The position numbers were made by a program, and so were the translations under genes. Source: Gracilinanus agilis (Eukaryota). From it: a stretch of 64,000 bases of DNA. Shown here in pieces: positions 12,676 to 26,068 of the stretch. The notes beneath the pieces were generated by a model that searched no databases, had not been told where the DNA came from, and was given only the letters and a program-made list of their open reading frames with translations. The DNA lies in assembly GCF_016433145.1 (NCBI RefSeq), contig NC_058134.1, forward strand, positions 35,065,574 to 35,129,573, read 5' to 3'. Each line of letters begins with the position of its first letter. The first letter of the stretch is position 1.

Positions 12676-14119
12676 TAATACTATTTTTTCAAACATTATT
12701 GATATTGTAGAAAATTCCTTTATAGACTGTAGCCCAAAAGTTCATGAACTGTTCTAGCTGGTGTGGACAGCTAAAGAAACAAAGATTCTGCATCCAGGAA
12801 ATTAGGGAAAACTACTACATAGAGGTAATTGTTCATTTTAAAAATGTGAATATACACTTTTGTTATCTAAGATCCAATATTTTCAGCCATACCTTTGCAC
12901 AGCTATAATGAACTCCACGTGGCCACCATGGGTTGGAGGGGTGGAGAGAAAGCTCTGCTTTCTCCCTAAGGTAGAATATGCTTCTTCAGGGTGACCACCA
13001 TCCTCATACCTTGCCTGGACACTATCCCCAGAGTGTAAATGCCAAAACTTCTCTCTCAGGATTATTACTTCTTGTTCTTAATTCCTGAGGGAGAAAGAGC
13101 CAAACACCTTGGAACTAAGAGGCAGGAAGCTCTCTCTAGCAGCAGCAACTGTCTTCTCTGTTACCCTTCCCCTCCACTCCTCATTCAAATGGATTTGCTT
13201 CATTAGTGGTTATGGTTAGTTAAGACTCTATATCTATATTTACACAAATAACCGTACTTATGAATGCATTATAGGATTAAAGATCATACTCCCCCTCTTT
13301 CATGTACTTTTGTTATAATTTTATACTTACTGCCCTTGAGAAGCTATTTACCAGATATCAAACTCATGTATCACTTTAATTTCAATTCACATATTAAAAT
13401 TTCAAATCATTTCCACATAATACGATGCAAATAGATGCACTCATCCTGTTGTACATGCAGAAGAAATACATTAGACTTCGTATAGACCCTTAGTTTAAAG
13501 GCAGGATATATTCATATAATCATTTTCTTCTGACAGATAACATGTTTTTCTCTAAAAATTAAGATTTTAATTGGAAGATCTTGAAATTTTAAATGCTCAA
13601 TAACAGCCCTTCAAGTTTCAATAATATGATAAAACAACATAAACATTAACCATAAGGACAGATAAAGGCCTTGATTGTAAGACAAGTACTATATTAATTA
13701 ATCTCATAAAACATTAATTAGAAGAAAAGCTTTAACACGGTTAGTTTGATAATATTTCTAGTCATTAACTGGAAAAATGTTTAATCAATAGAGAAATCAT
13801 TAAGGACATTTTATCTATAATTCTGTGTTGTGTACTGTTCATTAAAAAAGATTAATTACTGTGTCCTACTTCCTTTAGCTGAACTAAGTATTGATTAATA
13901 AGGTACGATGGTGCTTAGAGATTAGGTCACCCTAGGGTAGAAGGAAAATATCTTGCAATTATAAGGAATTGTCTTAAAAGAAAACTTCACTATAGGCATG
14001 TATGCCTTAGAGGTAGATGCCATATAAAGTTATAAAATAAATAATAAGATAATAATTTATAATTATTTAAAAATAATTTCTTTTTCATTTAAAACAGTTC
14101 TGCCTTTTATAAAAATGTA

Positions 14120-14375
14120 GCTCCTTAGAGACAGCTAGAAGCTAACAGCATTGGACCTGGAGTCAACAAAACCTGAATTTAAATCCAGTCTCAGACATTT
14201 ACTAGCAATGTGATCCTGGGGAAGTTATTTAACCATGCTAAGCCTTAATTTCCCCATCATTAAATGAGGACAATTATATCACCTGCACCCTCTGGTTGTT
14301 GTAGGAATGAAATAGGTAATATTTATAAAGTGTTTTGCAAACCTAAAAACACTTTATGAATATCACCTATTAGTG
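14120..14375 (+). mobile_element. MIR SINE
   Basis: tRNA-like head, CORE (gtgatcctggggaagttatttaacc) and MIR tail (ttgtaggaatgaaatagg...aaagtgttttgcaaacctaaaa). Confidence 0.75.
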
Positions 14376-14499
14376 TTATGTATTCTACTTTATGCCTTCA
14401 AATTTCTGACAGATCCAAGTTCTATTTAAGTATATCCTTTGTTTCTATGGATAATTATCTGATCACTTAAATCAATGTATATTTTGCCCATTTAATTTC

Positions 14500-14880
14500 A
14501 TAAAACCTCCACCCTGATGCAGTGGAAGCCTATGTTTGTTCCTTGTAATACCTTGTGGATATCAGTGCAATTTTCAGACTTTCTATTGACTCTCATTCCA
14601 GTCCAAGTTCTTTCATGAATACACATATTGTGAATGATGTCTTTTAAATAACTTCTCATGCAAAAGTTATTGTTGGCAACATGTTGTAACTCAGGTATTG
14701 TCATCAAGCATCTTCCGATTATTCCCTTTGGCCATTTGGGTGTATTGGAAATGATGGTGTTCCTTGATTCGCAGGTATAATATTCCTGGGAGAACATAAT
14801 TGTTATAAAAGAAAGTCTTTGATGATGGAGAGAAACTTGAATTAGTTGATAACATGCTAGGTTTCCCAATGTGGAATACT
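14500..14880 (-). mobile_element. RTE-clade LINE 3' fragment, degenerate
   Basis: Resembles the reverse complement of an RTE ORF C-terminus and 3' end; related to the 3' part of the 3950-4830 element. Confidence 0.55.
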
Positions 14881-14974
14881 TCCCCTGATCTCTTCAGCTG
14901 TCATAGATCTCATTTTGAAAGATCTATAGTATTCTGGGGCTTATTGAAATGAGCATAATTTCAATTGCCTACAG

Positions 14975-15171
14975 CAGAGGTATCAAACATGTAGATTGGG
15001 GGGAAGAGAGCTACCTGACCCAGATTAAAATGAAGTTGGGAAATATTTAACAAAATAAGAAAAACTTTGATACAACAATGTTAATGAGATTTTGTAAGTT
15101 AATATATAGAATGCAGGGATCCTTATGTAGAGTTTTACTGCCCCTATTTGTATTAGATTTTGATGCCACTG
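14975..15171. mobile_element. hAT MITE, 197 bp, with a 7/8 TSD
   Basis: TIRs cagaggtatcaaac / ttttgatgccactg. Flanks gcctacag (14967-14974) and gcctatag (15172-15179). Confidence 0.8.
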
Positions 15172-15599
15172 GCCTATAGGGCAGGAAAGCATAATTCAAT
15201 AACTATTGGGACTCTCTCTTCCAAGTGTACTTTTTTCTTAACACTTTTTGTAATTATGATGAACACCTTTGGTAACCATTTATCTCTCTAATTTATTACT
15301 CTCTTGATATTGCAAATCAGAGTTGATGAACTTAGTTTTCTCTGTGGTTCTTTAAAGAAAGGAATTTTGTAGAATGTTAACTTGCTTAAAGGAGCATTTT
15401 TAAGCCCATGTTTTGTCTTACTAATTCAAATGTTCATTCAGATCAAATAATAAATACACAACCAGATCTTATTTAAGGATATTGCAGAGTTTTTCCAATG
15501 GCTGAAATATAGTACCAAAGCACTGGGGTTTTGGTGCTCACTGAAATAAATGATAAAGTCAGGAACAGAGACTAAATACATGGAGACTAATGACTGCCT

Positions 15600-18200
15600 T
15601 ATCACAGCTTCATCAGAGGGAGAGGAGATATAAGGAAGGTTTGTGCAGTGGAGATTGTGGTTGCTGAGGGACTGGAGCCCCATCAGCTATAGTCACTCTC
15701 AGGAGAGTGGAGTGCTTAGTTACTGGCACAGGAAAAAGCAAACTAGCTGCTTGTGGTAGTTGTGGCAGAACTGCCCATGGGCTCTTGTTGGAGCACATGA
15801 GATCAATCACTGAGTGAGGTTTGTGTTGTGAACCAGAGTACATCAAGCCCTGGATTATAAAAAACTGGAATAACTAAATAGGATCCAGGAAAAAAGACAC
15901 ACAAATAATCCTGAAAAATGGAGAACATACCTCAATACACTAGGAACTGAAAGATTTCAGCAAAAAGTTAATAATTAAGTCTATTGGTCTGACTGCTAAA
16001 TTTAAAAAAAATGAGCTAGCAAAGGAGAAAAAAAGCCCATCTATTGACAGTTATCATGGAGACAGAGAAGATTTAGGTTCAAACTCAGAAGATAGTGAAG
16101 TAAAAACAGCTACTTCAAAAACAGCAAAGAAATATAATGAATGGTCACAAGATCAAAAGGAACTTTTGGAAGAGCTTAAAGAAACATCTCAAAAACCAAA
16201 TGAAAGAGGCAGAGGAAAAATTTAAAAAAAAATCAAGAGCAATGCAAGAAAATTTTGAAAGAAAAATCACCCAAATGGAAAAAGAGAACCAGATACTTGT
16301 GGAAGAAAACTGGAATTAGACAAGAGGAAGCTAATGATTTCTTAAGATAAGAATAAATAATAAAGCAAAATAAAAAGAATGAAATAATGGAAGAGAATAT
16401 AAAGCATTACAAAAATCCAACTTGGAATACAGATCAAGGAGGAATAGTGGACTCCTGGAATGTTATGATAAAAAAGAGTTTAGACACCATATTCCAAAAG
16501 AATTATAAGGGGAAACTGCCCAGAAATCTAGAATCAGAAGGAAAAATAGAAATTGAAAGAATCTGCTGAACACCACTTCAGTGAGATCCAAAATGGAAAA
16601 TGCACAAGAACATCATTGCTAAGTTCTGTAGCTCCCAAGTTAAGGAGAAATTACTACAAGCAACAAAAATAAAAACAATTAAAATATTGTGGAGCTCCAG
16701 TCAAAATAACACAAGACTTAGTAGCTACCATTTTAAAAGAACATAGAATATGGAAGATAACATTTCATAGGGCAAAAGAACTGGGGTTGTGACTAAGAAT
16801 AGCATAGTTAGCAGAGATTAGTATAATTATGAAAGAAAAAAATGGACACAACAAACTCAAGGAGTTTCAACTATTCCTTGGGGGAAACCCAGAATTCAGC
16901 AGAAAATTTTATCTATAATGAACATGCAAAGGCAATGAAAAGCTAATCACATACAACCCAAAGGGTCAAATCATTTTATTTCTCTATGGGAAGATATCAT
17001 CTATGACCCCTGGGAATGGTATCATTAAACAGAAGTGGTAGTAGAATAGACCAGGAAGAAGTAAGGTGGAATGGCTCTCTCATATGGAAGAGGAATAAAT
17101 GGAGGAACTGTCAAGAAGAAGAGAAGGAGGGAGTAGAGGTCTGGTAGTACTAGAAACCCAATTTCATCAGTCCTAGGATAAAGAGAGAAGAAAATACACA
17201 ATTAGAAGCGTAAATTTTTTCTAATGTGCAGAGAAACAGTCCCTTGAGGGACTGAAGGAATAAGAGAAGGAAAGGTAGGTTAAGAGAAAGGAGGGCAAGG
17301 AGATAAGAAAATGAAGAGGAGTACTAGGGGGGAAACATATTAAGAGGTTATGGGGTAAGGGGATATGGGAGGAACTCAGGACAAATTAGGGGAAGGAAGT
17401 AGGAGGGCATGGTTGGGGGAATAAAGAAGATATTTTTGGAAAGGTGGATAGAATAAGAATTAAAAAGTAAGTGAGAAGGGACAAGGTAGATACTTTTGGA
17501 AAGGTGAGCCAATTTAGGAGTAGAAAGGCAAAAGGATGGAATAAGGGAGGATTTGGGGAAGGGATGTGAATTAGAGAGGTATTGGTTCAAAGGAAATTGG
17601 ACATCCAAGGAAGGATAAAGCAGAAAGGAAGAAAGAGAGGGACAAACAGGATGGAGGAATGGAATACATGGAAAATCACAGTTAGTAACTATGATATTGA
17701 GTGTAAATGAGAAGAATTCACCCATGGGAAGAAAATGGTTAGCAGAAAGGCTCCCAAACCAGGACCTGAGAAGATATTGTTTTTAAGGAACATATTAGAA
17801 TGAGAGAAACATAGTATGAAGGTGAGGGGCTGGAGCAGAATATTCTATGCCTCATCTGATCCAGAGAAGTCAGGGATAGTAACCATGATCTCTGAGAGTT
17901 GGGGCTAAAATAGATACAACTAGAAGGGATGAACAGGGTAACTATATCATGTTGGGCAGGGGTATTATGGACAATAAAGCATTATTGGTATTCAGTACTA
18001 GACCTGTATGCACCAAGAGTTAAAGCATCCAGATTTTTAGAGGAAAAACTAAATTACCTACAAAATGAAATAGATAACAAAATAATAATAGCAGGGGATG
18101 TTAACTTTCTCCTCTCATAAAAAGATAAATTTAACCAAAAATAAGTAAGAAAGAAGTTGGATAGAATATTAGATAAATTAAATATGATAGATATCTAGAA
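15600..18200 (+). mobile_element. Degenerate L1: probable 5'UTR, ORF1, purine-rich inter-ORF spacer and start of ORF2 endonuclease
   Basis: ORF1-like peptides (KNQMKEAEEK..QENFERKITQMEKEN; KSLDTIFQ..ESEGKIEIERI). Decayed EN peptides from about 17680 (VKVRGWSRIFYAS; DLYAP..KASRFLEEKLNYLQNEIDNKIIIAGDVNF). Confidence 0.88.
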
Positions 18201-18579
18201 ATCCCTCCCACCACCTGCATGAGGCTACTAAAAGATCTAAGCTTGAGTATAAATATAGTCCAACCATAGTTTATAGTGGGAAAACAATGGTTTAGGAGTA
18301 TAAATACTCTGCAAAAAGTCTTAACTTAATATTCATTATTCTATAGAAGTAATCCTGCATTCCTGAGGGGTTGTGGCATTAGAACAAAAGTTCCCTTGGG
18401 TATGACCAAGCTGGAAAGATTTGGTTTTGGACAGAGTATAGCCCTGCAACAAATTATATCTGCTGCCTTGGGATCAATCTAATTAAATATGGCCCTGGTA
18501 ATGTATGTTAACAGAGAACCAGGTGGGTTAAGTTGATCAAATGAAATGCTGATAGGAACCAGAAGAAACATACCTAATA

Positions 18580-19420
18580 TTATATTGCCCAAGCAGCTGT
18601 GAATTGTTTTTTAGAAAAAAAGATGGAAACATACGTTGATTTTTTTAAACCCTTACCTTCCATCTTGGAGTCAATACTGTGTATTGGTTCCAAGGCAGAA
18701 GAGTGGTAAGGGCTAGGCAATAAGGGTCAAGTGACTTGTCCAGGGTCACATAGCTAGGAAGTGTCTGACACCAGATTTGAACCTAGGACCTCCCATCTCT
18801 AGGTCTGGCTCTCAATCCACTAAGTCACCCAGGTAACCCCTGGAAAACTACATTAAAAGTTCTACAAGCTCTACAGATGTTTATGCTCATTGACATATGG
18901 ATCCTATTATTAGGATTAGGCCCTAATGACATTATTGAGAATGTAAAAAGCTGTGTATGTATGAAAATATTCATGGAGGCTTTATTTATAATGACAAAAT
19001 AACTGGAAATAACACAAATGCAATGACTGGGAGATATGAATGAATAGACTGTGATATTTAAATGTAATGCATTTTATTACATTATTAGAAATGACAAATA
19101 TTGCAATACACAGAAAATAAGGGAAATATTTAAAGAGATAAAAAGAAGAAAAGGAAATAAAAATAATAAATACTATAATTGCATTAAAATAGCAGCCAAA
19201 AAATTAAAAGAAAAATATCTAAGCAAAATAAATCCAAAGGGAACTCAAAACCAGAGGATGTTTATGTTAGCAAGATATATAATTTATATATTGTTAAATA
19301 AATGGTAAACAATGTAGAGTTTATGGTTTTGCACGTAATTTTATGCATATATTTATTTAAGAGATTTCTTTTTATTGTGGATGGTGGTTACTAAGTAAAT
19401 AATAAAAAATGGAAAAAAAG
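18580..19420 (+). mobile_element. Old L1 ORF2 C-terminus and 3' end fragment, containing a SINE1 insertion
   Basis: Decayed IPLLGLYP-type and KIF-ALF-type segments (gatcctattattaggattaggccc; atgaaaatattcatggaggctttattt). Confidence 0.6.
18640..18840 (-). mobile_element. SINE1_Mdo-like SINE, full length
   Basis: T-tract, then aaacccttaccttccatcttggagtcaatactgtgtattgg...ctcaatccactaagtcacccagg. Confidence 0.93.
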
Positions 19421-20778
19421 GAAAATTAATAACCAGCCATTACTATGCATCCAGAAATCACCAGCAAACATTATGAAATCAGTGGACATTATAAAATCAG
19501 CACTAAAAGGTGCTACTAAAATTGGTAGGGATCTGGCCCATTAAAAAGAGTACAATGGTATTATAAGACAATATTAGTGACCTAGAAGCAGCTAATGAAT
19601 GCATTACCACCTTTACAGCTATGCTGGTTTATAAGAAATTCTAACATTTTTGCCTCATTATATATGTCCTTTAGTCATGCATTTTTCCTATCTTTCTGAT
19701 TCTCATATGGGATATGTATTTGTACCAAATATTCCCAATGGTATTGTATTTATTTTTGGGAGAGGCTGCTTCATGTTTATAAAGAGAATATCCCATTATT
19801 GTATTTCTATATTATATTTCTATTGTATTATTGTATTCTACCTTTTAAAATGATTTAGCACTGAATTAACTATATCTTCTGGCTCACTTAAAAATACACA
19901 GGTCAGAGAGGGCTTATGGACTATGATTTTAGATAGACCCGTAGAGTATCTTGAACCCTGTGTTTCTATTCTTAGGCTTTACATGTTGGGGAGCGTGAAC
20001 CAGGAGTTATAAATGTATTCTCAATGTGTCTTTTTTAGTCAGTGATATATGGTAAAAAATGAGTTATACTACATAGATTCATCTGTGAAAAGAACCTTCT
20101 CTTCTCTTAGAGATAGCCTGAAAATTGATCCTTGATTGTTTTAAAAATTGTGTCATCTTTGTTATAGAATTTTTCTGTATTTCTTCTGCCCTGTTAATTT
20201 TATGATCACTTTTCACTAAAGGTCATCTCTACTTTTTAATATAAGGAAAAAGGTTAATGAGATGTTGAGAACCCAGATGGGTGGCTCTACCAATTTCAGT
20301 GATGATAAAAGATTGCTATAGATATGTGAGTAGAGCTATTTCATTTCACATTAGTTATTATCAGTGTCAATTATGAATTCTTTCAGGATTTGGCTTACTT
20401 GACTCTCCTGTCAATCTTTCTGTTGGCTTCTTTTCTCCTTCATTGTTGTTTGCTATTTAGTCAGTATTATTCATTATATTTCCATATCCCCTGCCCACAT
20501 TGTTTTGCAAATGTTCTCATAGTTTAAAATGGTTGCTTTTAGCACCCACCTATGTTGGCCTGCCAAGGAGCTGAAGGGCCTGGCTGAGGAGGTTTCTGAG
20601 CTGTTTTGGCCTTCCTGTTATCTTGAATTTTAACAGCAAACAAATAAACTTATATAAGATATGATAATAATCAGATTGATGCCTTTACTTTTATTCATTA
20701 CCCACTTTTAGTCAATAAGTTTTTAAAATAACTTGAAGATATGCTTGTATATTGTGTCTTATTCTGATATGCCTTCAA

Positions 20779-20781
<3 letters not shown>

Positions 20782-20831
<50 letters not shown>

Positions 20832-20858
20832 ACAAACACCACCACCACCACCACCACT
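20782..20858. repeat. (CA)n followed by (CAC)n microsatellite
   Basis: Seen directly. Confidence 0.95.
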
Positions 20859-21194
20859 ACCTTTGTTCTAACCAACAAATGGCCTGACTGAACACAAAGA
20901 AAAAATTCTGAATTGATTTCTTTATCATTAGGAACTCTTTCCTGTTGGTCAAAACAAATTTTATTTTACTTTTGCAACAAAAAGTTTTACATTTCCTGTG
21001 TCTTCTGGCTATTCTCTTTCAGAGAGGATTAGTGACATAAGTATGAGACTTATGAATAAATGAGCTTCCTTCATTCTTAATATCACATCATATTTTCCAA
21101 CATATTTCCTTATGCATTGAAATCGACTATCATTATATATGGATTTGATTGAGAGGATCACAATACGTTTCTCCAAAATCTTTTTATTCAAGGA

Positions 21195-21400
21195 TCAAAG
21201 CTTTGGAGCTGCAAGTTTTCTTAGAAACCATTTAATCCTAGTCCCTTATTTTATAAATGAAGAAACAGGCCCAAAGAAATGCAATAATTTAATCAAATTC
21301 ATTAAAGAAGCAAATGCCAGGTTTGAGATTTGAACCCAACTTCTTAGTCTGAATTTTCTAAATGTGTAGTTTTTGCCTTCCATGTTATCATCATGTGCTC
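21195..21400 (-). mobile_element. MIR3-type SINE
   Basis: Reverse tail and CORE (tttagaaaccatttaatcctagtcccttattttataaatgaagaaacaggcccaaaga). Confidence 0.65.
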
Positions 21401-22575
21401 CACAAGAGGGCCAAATTAAGTGTTTCATGAAAAGAAATTATTTCTTAATCTGGGATGCAGAATGAAAGTAACCCCATCAATGATTTCGTTCATAGTTTTT
21501 GAGAATAACTTGTAGAGTCTTTCAGCTAAATTTCCCTCTATACTCTGGTTTGATTTATCATGAAAATATAAAATATGGATATGATTTAAATCCTAAATAG
21601 CATATCAGCTTGTTGATCTTTGGGCATAGATCTTACACTTAGAATTCAGACTATAAATTTGTCATTTGAAGTTATTTTTAATAGAAAGCAATTTAATTCA
21701 TAGCACTCTTAGGTCCCTTTCCCACCATCCTACCTCTTTCACCACCACTAAAAACTGTGATCACTACAGAAGCAGAAGTATGTATGTGTGTGTGTTAGTT
21801 TATTTCAAATAAATTGCCAACCTTACATTTTAAAACATTTGAAATTAAGCATATATATTAAATAAAATGAAGGGCTTCATTATATTCTGATGATTTCCAG
21901 ATGGATTAAACCACAGTTGTGAAAGTTAACCAATCCTTTTGGTAAATAGCACAAATGGATGATATTTTCTCTACTTCTTATTCACTGGAATTATGAAGAC
22001 TTGTTACATTTTTATGACAGAAGACTAATAACAAAAACCTTTATGAAAACAGAGACATTGGTTAAACATGACCTTTTTCATGCATGATAAAAATATTGTC
22101 CTCTTGAATGAATATTTAAGTACCCTAGAAATTTCTTCTGCTTTTGAGTCAGAGAAACATCCCCATTATACCTTGAGATGACAGAATGTAAGTCCCTGGA
22201 GGGCAGAGGCTGCTTCATTTTTATCCTTGTGTCTCCAGTACTTAGAGAAGAGTAGAGTTTAATAAAAGCTTGTTGACTGATTGGCTGAGAAGCAAATGCT
22301 GTGTATTCAGGCTCTGATGGGCTAATAGCTGTGTGCTAAAATGCCTACATGTAGTCTATCTGAAGAGAAAGATGATCTCTCCAGGACTGCCTAACTGCCG
22401 TCTGATGCAAATGTGTTATTTTACTGTCACTAGGTTTATAGGATGGCTTCTGGAGAATTCTATTAGTCATCTTGACTCCAAATAAGATTCTGACTTAACA
22501 TTTGAATGTCAACTGGTTGCTAATGGCATTTATAATGAATACATATTGAAATACAAATGGAGACGAGAAGCATTC

Positions 22576-22750
22576 TAGGGGCTCTTAACAGGGACCCCTG
22601 TCAGTCTGGGGAAGCCTATGAAGCTGTTCTCAGAATAAAGTTTTTAAATGCATAAAATGAAATACATAGAATCCAAAGAAAACCAGTTATATTGAAATAA
22701 AATGATCACAGTATTGAAAAAAGTTCACAACCCCAGATCTAAGAACTCTT
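22576..22750 (+). mobile_element. Ancient hAT-Charlie MITE (Charlie4z-like)
   Basis: ggggctcttaac...cagtctggggaagcctatg...tctcagaataaagtttttaaatgcataaaatgaaatacatag. Homologous to the copies near 51175 and 59650. Family name is from memory. Confidence 0.65.
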
Positions 22751-23129
22751 AGAAAGAGGGAAGAAGCTAGGGAACAGAAGATTTTCTTTACTTCTCTCTT
22801 GTTGTGTGACCTTAGGCAAGACTTTTGAGTTCTTTGAGTCCCAACTTTCTCATCTATAAAATTAGTAGTTGGATTACCTTTTATCCAGATCTGTTGTTTT
22901 CCCAGTTATCATGTTAATACCTTGAGGCGGGGATTATTTCATTTTTGTATTTGTATCCCTGGCATTTAATGCCATGAGTATTTAATAAATGCTCATTGAT
23001 TGATTTTCCATGTGTTCTTGAGCAGTAACACTTTGTTTCATTTTCATCTGCATTCTTTACAAGTTGGGCTCCTGGCCACTGACAAAGATAGATGTTTTCC
23101 ATAACTAGGGATCCATTTGCATGAATTAT

Positions 23130-23280
23130 GAGGATAGATTACTTGGGGAACTGAGCTGCTCATCACTGGAAGACTTCAAGTTGACATGGGATGACCACTT
23201 TTCCATCGTGCTATACTGAAGACTTTCTGGGGTGTGGTTATGCTGAATGGTCTCTGAGCTCTCTTAGTTTTACAATTCTC
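23130..23280 (+). mobile_element. CR1/L3 3' terminal fragment
   Basis: catcactggaagacttcaag...ggatgaccact matches the CR1 terminal motif. Confidence 0.6.
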
Positions 23281-25286
23281 CCATCTTTGTCTCTAGACCA
23301 AAGCAATGTCTGATCTGTCTGAGTTTCCAAATACCTAAAGTTTCCCACTAGTGGTTTCTCTAGTTTTTTTGTTCTCTTCTTACATCTATAATGACCATAT
23401 AAATCAGTGGTGTTTCTTTTTCTGGAAGTCTATTTGGGAAGAGCTGATATCGTGCTGTGAAATGCAAGTACCTCACAATCCATTCAGACAGTGCATTTCT
23501 GAACCCTTCATATGATTGTAGGCAATTACTGCGACATGACATTTTTTTTTCTGCAGGGAGGACTTTGTAATATGCGTGAACCTACAGAGAAGCTCCTCTT
23601 TTATGATGTACTGTAGGAAAGTATGATCTTTCAGTGTCTTAAACACATCAAAACAAACATTATCTTCTCACTTGCCTCTCTACTGTTAATGTCTCCCCTT
23701 TCCAGTCAGTTTAACATCCTGCACCCAAGTTAAAAAACAATCTTTGTCGACTGTTATGTATTACCCTCCCCCGCAAATCCTCCACTAGTTCTCCATTGCT
23801 GTGTGCATCAAATTGAAATACTTATCCTCCATCACTTTCTCCCATCAACTCCTACTCACCCGCTCATTGCTTATTTCTACCTCCCACTCTCAGCATCATG
23901 CCTTCTTCCTCTTTAACCCAGAGTCCTGGAGTAGGCTCTTCTATTTAAGCTCCCTTTTTTGATCCTTTGGATTAACCTCTTTTTTAGAAAATTCACATCC
24001 CCTCTTCATCTATCTTAGATTTATTCTAATGATCAATGGGAAAGATCCCTGAGTTAATAGTTTATTTTTTAAAACACAGTGTAAAGAACATGATTTAGAA
24101 TCAGAGGACCTTAGTCCAGATTGCTGATCAAAAGCTTATTAGATAGGGAAATCAAGGCTAGTTGGGTTACTTCTCTGTTACTCAGTTTCTTAAACTGCAA
24201 AATGAGAGGACAGTCTAGCTAGCCTTGAAGGAGCCTATAATGAATCTAATGTGAGGTATCTTAATAGATTTTTACTTCACCTCAATTTTTTTTCTGTAAC
24301 GTCATTATGTCCTATTAAAATGTATCTTTACTTCCTCCTTCATAGAGAAAATAGGTAGAAACCTGTGCTCTTGATTCTATTTCCTCTTTTTTTCTATGGG
24401 ATCTTAGTACCCCTCTCTTTGATTTCTATTTTGTTCTGTCTTCCTCACTGACTCTTTCTTCTATCTTTGTAAACACTTTCCAAGGTACTCCTTCTTCTGT
24501 TTACAAATATATAGACATCTTCTAGACCTAAAAGGTATCTCCCTTAACTGAGTTACCTCATCTTTCTTGTTCCTTCTCTGACAATATTTTTGAAAAGGGG
24601 TTGGCATGCACATCCTCTGCTTCCTCGCCTTCTACTTAATTCCCAGCTTTCTAAATTGCTTTTTGTCCCACATCTACTGAATTTCTTCTCATAAGTCAAT
24701 AATGACAATCATTAGAAATCAATGGATTTCATTCTTTTTCTTCTCTACTGGTTTCTTTCTTCATTTCTCTGCTCCTCTATACAGTGCTGATCATCACTTC
24801 CTCCCTTTCTTTAATCGTGATTCCTTTTGTGGCTCCTTTAATGCGATTCCTTCTTATGTGTTACAACTCTATTGCCTTCACTAATTTCTTTTTCTAATCT
24901 ATGTGAGTACTCCCCAAGGTTGTCTTCTCAAATTTTTGCTCATCTTTCTTTGCACTCAAAGCTCCAATCATGACTTTCATGCAGATGACTCACAAATTGA
25001 TGATTAAAGCCAAAATCTCTCTTCCCCATTTTAGACTTTGATTTCCAACTACTGACCAGACCTCTTCCCCTGGATTCCCACCAGTACCTCAAACTGAACA
25101 TACCCTAACAGTCGTCTTCCATTCTTTGAAAACATGTTTCTCTTTCTGATTCCTTTTATTTTTGATGATGACAATGCTGTCTTCTTGGTTACCCATACTC
25201 ATTATGTAATCCCTTATCTTCCACAATTGACCAATTGCTGACTTGTACTTCTATCCCAGTTTAGTTTCTTGTTATCTTATATCCTA

Positions 25287-25480
25287 CAATGGTCGGCAAC
25301 CTTTTTAGCCATGAGAGCCATAAAAGCCTGAGGAAAAAGGAAGACGGAGGCAGAAGGTGCTGGAATATGGGGCGGGGGGCTGAAGGGCCCCCTGGAGCAC
25401 ATCCCTGGGGCTCTGCCCTGACTGGCCGGTCTGGAGGTGGAGCCAGATATGGTTTGAGAGCAATACGTTGCAAACCCCTG
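25287..25480. mobile_element. hAT MITE, 194 bp, GC-rich, inserted in L2
   Basis: Imperfect TIRs caatggtcggcaac / gttgcaaacccctg. No recognisable TSD (atatccta vs attggata). Confidence 0.75.
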
Positions 25481-25823
25481 ATTGGATATAGCTTCCAAAT
25501 GAACTTCTTACTTTACAACCTGTTTCTCAATTCTATTCAGTTAACACAGTTCTGAAAAGCTCACATGGGTTCAGCCAAACAGGCTTTCTTGCTATTTGTC
25601 CCATAAAACACTTGATGTTCATCTTTGCTTTGACTGTGTCCTGTGCTTGGAATGTACTCCCTCCTTAAACCCAGCTCCTGGAATCACTACTTTCCTTCTA
25701 GGGTCTAAGCACATTGTCTATTGAATTTTCCAAACCCTTCTAGATTCCATTATTCCCTACCTACTAGTTCTTCTACTATCTAAAATAATCTTATGATTAC
25801 TTTGTGTATATTCCATTGTTTTT

Positions 25824-26068
25824 GTTGTTATTCAATCATTTCTGTCATGTCCAATTCTTCATGACCCTATTTGGGATTTTCTTGGCAAAATATTAGAGTG
25901 ATTTGCCCTTTCTTTCTCCAGCTCATCTTACAGATGAGGAAACTGAGGCAAAAAGAGTTGAGTGATTTATCTAGGATCACAAAGCTAGTAAGTGTATGAA
26001 GCTGGATTTGAACTCAGATGTTCCCAAATCCAGGCCCATTGCTCTACTCCTCATGCTACTTAACTGCC
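25824..26068 (-). mobile_element. MAR1 SINE, near full length
   Basis: gttgttattcaatcatttctgtcatgtcc...cttacagatgaggaaactgaggca...ggatttgaactcag, the reverse MAR1 layout. Confidence 0.85.

Noticed and set aside
14498-14869. 123-aa ORF
   Set aside because: Lies in a decayed RTE fragment, with no recognisable intact domain.
16137-16569. Coiled-coil-like short ORFs
   Set aside because: Frameshifted L1 ORF1 remnants.
17348-17725. 125-aa hydrophobic, Pro-rich ORF
   Set aside because: Antisense of the purine-rich L1 inter-ORF spacer.
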